Shown here piece by piece: positions 59,055-64,000 of a DNA stretch of 64,000 bases (within the stretch, counting starts at the first letter, position 1; each line of letters starts with the position of its first letter). The DNA is from Amoebidium appalachense (Eukaryota; Protista; Ichthyosporea). The stretch lies in assembly GCA_963693365.1 (NCBI GenBank), contig CAVNZM010000003.1:2985106-3049105 (forward strand). The letters are read 5' to 3'. The notes beneath the pieces were generated by a model. It had not been told where the DNA came from. It saw only the letters and a list, made by a program, of their open reading frames with translations, and did not search any database. A program made the position numbers and the translations under genes.

Positions 59055-59302
59055 AGGGTGCCGGCTGGCCAATAAGGCAAGGCATGGTGCCGGGCAACCA
59101 GTTACAGCCAGTCTGATACCGGCCAGCCAATCACACAAGGGCCTGGTGCCGGGCAGCCAATTACAGACGGTAATTCATAGCAGGCCTGGTGCCGGCTAGC
59201 CAATCACAGCAAGCCTGTGCCGGACAGCCAATAAAAGCACAGCCTGGTGCCGGCTAGCCAATCACAGCAGGCCTGGTGCCGGTCAGCCAACCACAGCAAG
59301 TG
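59055..59302. repeat. Degenerate ~30-bp minisatellite with a CCAAT core between convergent 3' ends
   Basis: 'ggtgccggctagccaatcacagcaggcct'-like unit, about 8 copies. Confidence 0.85.
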
Positions 59303-59306
59303 CAGG

Positions 59307-59503
59307 TCACAGGTCACCAGCCATGATTGCCGTGCGTACGCTGTGCATGTGCTGCACCATGAAGTGCAGGTTGTGCAGCGTGGCCAGCGTCAGCCCACTC
59401 AGCTCATGCGCCTGGAACAGGTGGTGCATGTAGCTCAGCCTGCAACACTCGTCAGACCCATGCACACATACACACACCACACACAAAAACACACATGCGC
59501 ACG

Positions 59504-59546
<43 letters not shown>

Positions 59547-60248
59547 ACGTGTGGTGTTGGCATGTCCAGCACGTGCAACCGTCCTCAATGGGGCCATGGT
59601 GGTTGCGGTGGCGAGTGGCCCGCACCTGCATGGGGCCATCCCTGTGCCCTCATATTACGGTCAGGGGGCTGCGGGTGGGATGGTGGTGGAGAGTCCCCAA
59701 GGGATGCAAGTAGGGGGGTGGGAATGGGGTGGCTTATCTCTCCATCGACCAATTAATATCTTTGCTCTGTATTCATGTGTGCATTCTTAACCTAAGTTAT
59801 TCACATGCTCACCAGTGCATATACCTTATTTCATGCACCGTACATTCATTGCCATGTCTGGACACAAACACATCGATCTATTCATTTGAGCCTATCCTTT
59901 TGTGTGCATATTCATATCTGATTCGAAATGCCTTTCTCTTTGGATATGCTGCAAATAGCCAATCGAACGATTGCTAAAATGCCCCGATCCTCTCTCTCCC
60001 CCCTCCCCCCTCGCCCTCCCCGTTGTTTTTGTGGGGAGGAGGGGGGAAGACTAGTGAGTGGCAGATGGGCCTGTGTGTGTGCACGTGCAGGGCAGGAGTT
60101 ACATACCGTGTCAGCAGCAGACCGTGCCTGCTTGCCCGTGTGGGGTATGCCGAGTCGAAGGTGTCGAACCCCAAGGGCACACATGCATCCAGGCTGGCTA
60201 GGTCCCCGATGCCCAGCAGGTGCCGTGGCTGCAACATTTTCAGTGAAA

Positions 60249-60286
<38 letters not shown>

Positions 60287-60426
60287 TTCCCCCCCCCCCC
60301 TTCCCCCCACCCTCAGCATCACGCACCATGTGTGCCGGCAGCATGGGGGCCAGATAGCCCAGCATGGCCACCATCTCGGCACGGTCCTTGCCCAGGCTGC
60401 CCCCTACCATGCATGTCAGCAACCAT

Positions 60427-60467
<41 letters not shown>

Positions 60468-62844
60468 CACGCACCCACAGCCAGGCCGTCAAATGCATGG
60501 CCACACAGCAGCTCCAGGCTCTCTCTCCTCATGGCACGGTCCACCCCCCCGTGCACAATCTGCCCAACAGTCAGCAGCAGCCCCAGCACGCCCCAATATG
60601 GCAGGCCCCAGCATGCACGTACGGCATAGATGGCCTGGCCCTTGGGGTCTGCTTGGTGCGTGGCCAGTGACCGCAGCTGCCACCGGTGGGTCCGGTCCAG
60701 CGCCTGCCTGCATGCATGCATGGGCCCCTGAGAATGGGCTCTTTGATACTTGGTGGGTTTATGCATGTGCACACTAATATCCGGGATGCATGGCTAGTGT
60801 TGTGCATGACATTCCAACCCTGCACACACCTGAGGCGGGCCGTGTCTGTGCTGTATGGGGGCAGCTCATCCAGGGGCACAATGATATCCGACAGGTAGGC
60901 CTTCTGCGCCTGCACACTGCTCTCGGGCGTCAGCAGCACAGGGCTGCCGTCCCTGCAGCCCACATGCCCTTAGCAATTGCACACCCTGCAGCCCACATGC
61001 CCTTAGCAATTGCACACCCTGCAACCATATATTGCCCTATAATCACTGGAACCCCCATCAACCCCCGCCCTCCCTCCCCCCCCCCTCCCTCCCCCTTCCC
61101 CCTTGCTCCCCAGCGCTCTAGCCTCTAGTCCAACCGTGCATGCGTGCTTGCCCCCACCTGTAGGATTTGAAGAGCACCCCCTCCTCACTGACCTTGGTCA
61201 CCAGCGAGGGGGAGGGTGCCCGGCCCCTCCTACCCTTGAGCTCCTCATCCACCTCCCCATATGCCAGCGAGAACACCTGCACCACCACGTGATATCACTA
61301 AACACCTGCACCACCACGTGATATCACTGAGCACCTGCACCACCACGTGATATCACTGAGCACCTGCACCACCACGTGATATCACTGAACACCTGCACCA
61401 CCACGTGATATCACTGAGCACCTGCACCACCACGTGATATCACTGAACACCTGCACCACCACGTGATATCACTGAACACCTGCACCACCACGTGATATCA
61501 CTGAGCACCTGCACCACCACGTGATATCACTGAGCACCTGCACCACCACGTGATATGACTGCATGTGTCAGCGAGAACACCTGCACCACCACGTGATATC
61601 ACTGCATGTGTCAGCGAGAGGGAGAGGTGGGCGCAGGTTATCTAATAAATTGCAGGGAACAGGAGGAGGGACCAGGACAAAACCAAAGTTCCCGATTACC
61701 GCTGCGCCCCCCCCCCTTTTCCACACACATTGCTATTCTTCCGTATCGGCTGCAGCATTGATGGTCCTTCCAGACAGGCCACCATTCACCACCTGTCCAC
61801 GTGTACAGCTACAGGTGCAGTGGCCCTATGGCCTATTCGGTGCCACCCAAAAAACAGCCCATTCCGGGCCTTTCTTTAAGCCACCGCTAGCGCCTCCCCC
61901 CCCCCCCCCCATCCCCCTCTCCGACCCTCCCCCCCCCCCCCCCCCCCCCCCCCCCACCACCACACACACACACACATTGCCACCAACAGCACCACCATCC
62001 CGACCCCGCTCTTCCCCACTGATAGCCGGGCGGCATAAGACAGCCACGGCCATACCAACCCCTTGCACCAGCCCATGCTTTCAAGCTACTCCTCAACCCC
62101 ACCACATCTGTACCCCCCCAAGACCACCACCATCACCACAACCCACCCACACAACAAACATCAGCACACAACACCCACCTGGAACCCTCCCGAGTCCGTG
62201 ATGATGGGCCCGCTGTATCCCGTGAACTTGTGCAGCCCGCCGGCCTAATTCCCAGTCAGTGGGGATTGGCAGGCAGGTGGCCTGGGGGTGCAGCACGCAC
62301 CTCACGGATGACGTCAGGCCCAGGGTGCAGCAGCAGGTGGTACGTGTTGCTGTGCACACCCCTCAGAATCACCCCCCTCCCCCTAGATCTATCTTTCCCT
62401 CCCCTACCCCCTTCTTATCCCCCCACCCCCACCCCCACCCCCATCCCCCCCCCCCCCAATAAATAAATAAATAAATAAATACATAACTTGCAGTGGTATG
62501 TATTACAGGCTTTAATACAGCCCCAAAGAGTACCTCCTTTACTATCGTGCATGACGGGCAGTGTACCAATACACAAGTGTATCACCAAGATGGTGTATTG
62601 ATGCTGGTGATACACGTGTATTGGTGCACTGCCCGTCATGCACGATAGTAAAGGAAGTTAGCTAAAGCTCCATCTTTGCACATGTATAAATATTTAGACG
62701 CAACACCATATTGTGACTCTACTATGGTAATTTACTAATGAAAGGGTGCGTACTTATACGCCTCGCATATTAATACTCCTTGGGGCTGTATTAAAGCGCG
62801 AGGGACACCTGAAGTACAAGCCATAAAATCAGCTGCAGCCTCCC

Positions 62845-62899
<55 letters not shown>

Positions 62900-62933
62900 A
62901 GCACCAACAGGAAAATCTTAGCTGCAGGACCCG

Positions 62934-62985
<52 letters not shown>

Positions 62986-63528
62986 GTACACACCAGAACA
63001 TGAGCTGCAGGCCACAGGCCGTGGTCTGCTGGGCAGTAAGACTCTTGATGGTGCCGTTTGTGCCCACCCCCACAAACCCGGGGGTGTCCACCACCCCGTG
63101 TGGTGTATGCAGCCGTCCCACCCGGGCCCTGCACCCTGCAACGTCAATGGCCAAAAATAGCACTCTGCCCTACTGGGCCTACCAGGCCACTGCACACAGC
63201 TGCTCCCCAGCTATCCCCAGCCTCCTGCCAGCCTAAGAAGAGCCTAGATCTGTGGTCCCCTGCACCTGGTCGTAAACATAGACAAGAACCACCACACCAC
63301 CGACCCTTGCACACGCACACATATGCCTGCCCCCTCCACCTATAGCAGACACACAGTGCCACCGCTGGGCGCACTTGCGCCCAGTTCTCCCTTGGCCCTA
63401 TCGTTGGCTGCTAGCCTATCCACCTGCCCACAGCTGCCACCCCACCTATGGCCCCCGCCCTCCCCAGCACAGCACCTGGAGCGTGTGGACTGGTAGAGCA
63501 GCTCGAAGCGGAAGCTCGGCCTCTGCAT
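59307..63528 (-). CDS. tgt: Queuine tRNA-ribosyltransferase (tRNA-guanine transglycosylase), Chlamydia-like subtype, ~12 exons
   Basis: Spliced product: MQRPSFRFELLYQSTRSRARVGRLHTPHGVVDTPGFV...FCNTYHLLLHPG...ITDSGGFQVFSLAYGEVDEELK...LTPESSVQAQK...DIIVPLDELPP...VHGG...GGSLGK...HLLGIGD...FDSAYPTR...CTCWTC...HNLHFM. Confidence 0.93.
61274..61606. repeat. 29-bp minisatellite (~11 copies) built from a tgt splice acceptor
   Basis: Unit 'cacctgcaccaccacgtgatatcactga(g/a)' with period 29 from 61274. On the minus strand each copy contains TGCAG|GTG. Confidence 0.95.
62509..62797. mobile_element. Intronic MITE with ~24-bp TIRs, containing a 121-bp hairpin
   Basis: GCTTTAATACAGCCCCAAAGAGTA at 62509 mirrors TACTCCTTGGGGCTGTATTAAAGC ending at 62797. 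Internal palindrome at 62535-62655. Confidence 0.75.
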
Positions 63529-64000
63529 GGTGGCCACAGCTGAGCCCTGCAGGCCACACGTGCAACAGGGAGGCCGTCGGGGCGCTGGCTGCCACCTATA
63601 TTGCGGGCCAAGCAGTGCTGCTGCTAATAGCAAGTAAGGACACTAGACGTCGGCCCCGGTCCGGCTGGTCTACTTGTGACCTGCTGGCCGTGGTCTATCG
63701 GGATGGTCGCAGCAGGGGAAAAGGTGGAGCTAGGGCGCACCCCCACGCCCAGATGTGCAGGTAGGGCAGACACTAAGTAGGCCTGTGGGCTACTCGGCTG
63801 CGGCAGACTGGCCGCCTGTGTGCAGGGCCGTGCCAGACAACTAAGCCCGGGCTGGAAGGGGTTGCCATGGACCCTGACCGCGCTGTGTATGCACTCTATG
63901 ATGCAGGCACACCACTGGCACCATAGAGGAGATTGGGCCTGCCAGTGGTTTAGCTTGCTGCACTGCGCGTACACCTTGCCACACATTGCCGCTTCTCTCC

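Noticed and set aside
61274-61606. Possible CRISPR array (29-bp repeats)
   Set aside because: The units are head-to-tail with no unique spacers, there are no cas genes, and the array lies in a eukaryotic intron.

Overview
Eukaryotic, intron-rich genomic DNA full of (CA)n/(GT)n and poly-C/poly-G tracts. An ACT-domain phenylalanine hydroxylase suggests a holozoan/amoebozoan-type protist such as an ichthyosporean (inference only). About 1-45.5 kb is a nest of transposons: the right end of one large TIR element (182-bp satellite plus an ATTGGCAATA motif array); a non-coding LTR element with non-canonical ends; a solo LTR; several MITEs; a 16.5-kb Plavaka-type (CMC/CACTA-related) DNA transposon; an intact Copia inserted inside it; and a chromodomain Gypsy. 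About 45.7-64 kb holds host genes: PAH, a GT31 glycosyltransferase with a PAN/apple-like tail, an unannotated spliced Tudor-like gene, an NSUN3/4-like m5C methyltransferase and a Chlamydia-type queuine tRNA-ribosyltransferase. The main candidate system is the Plavaka element (15639-32181; TA-flanked CATCAGCAATCTTGC inverted termini). It carries a spliced cargo gene fusing a KDM4-like JmjC histone demethylase to a helical DUF6532-like domain, and its ends and introns are seeded with a GGATATCC motif. This is consistent with a transposon-encoded, sequence-targeted anti-silencing system. This copy is internally deleted and Copia-interrupted. All calls were made by eye, without database searches.
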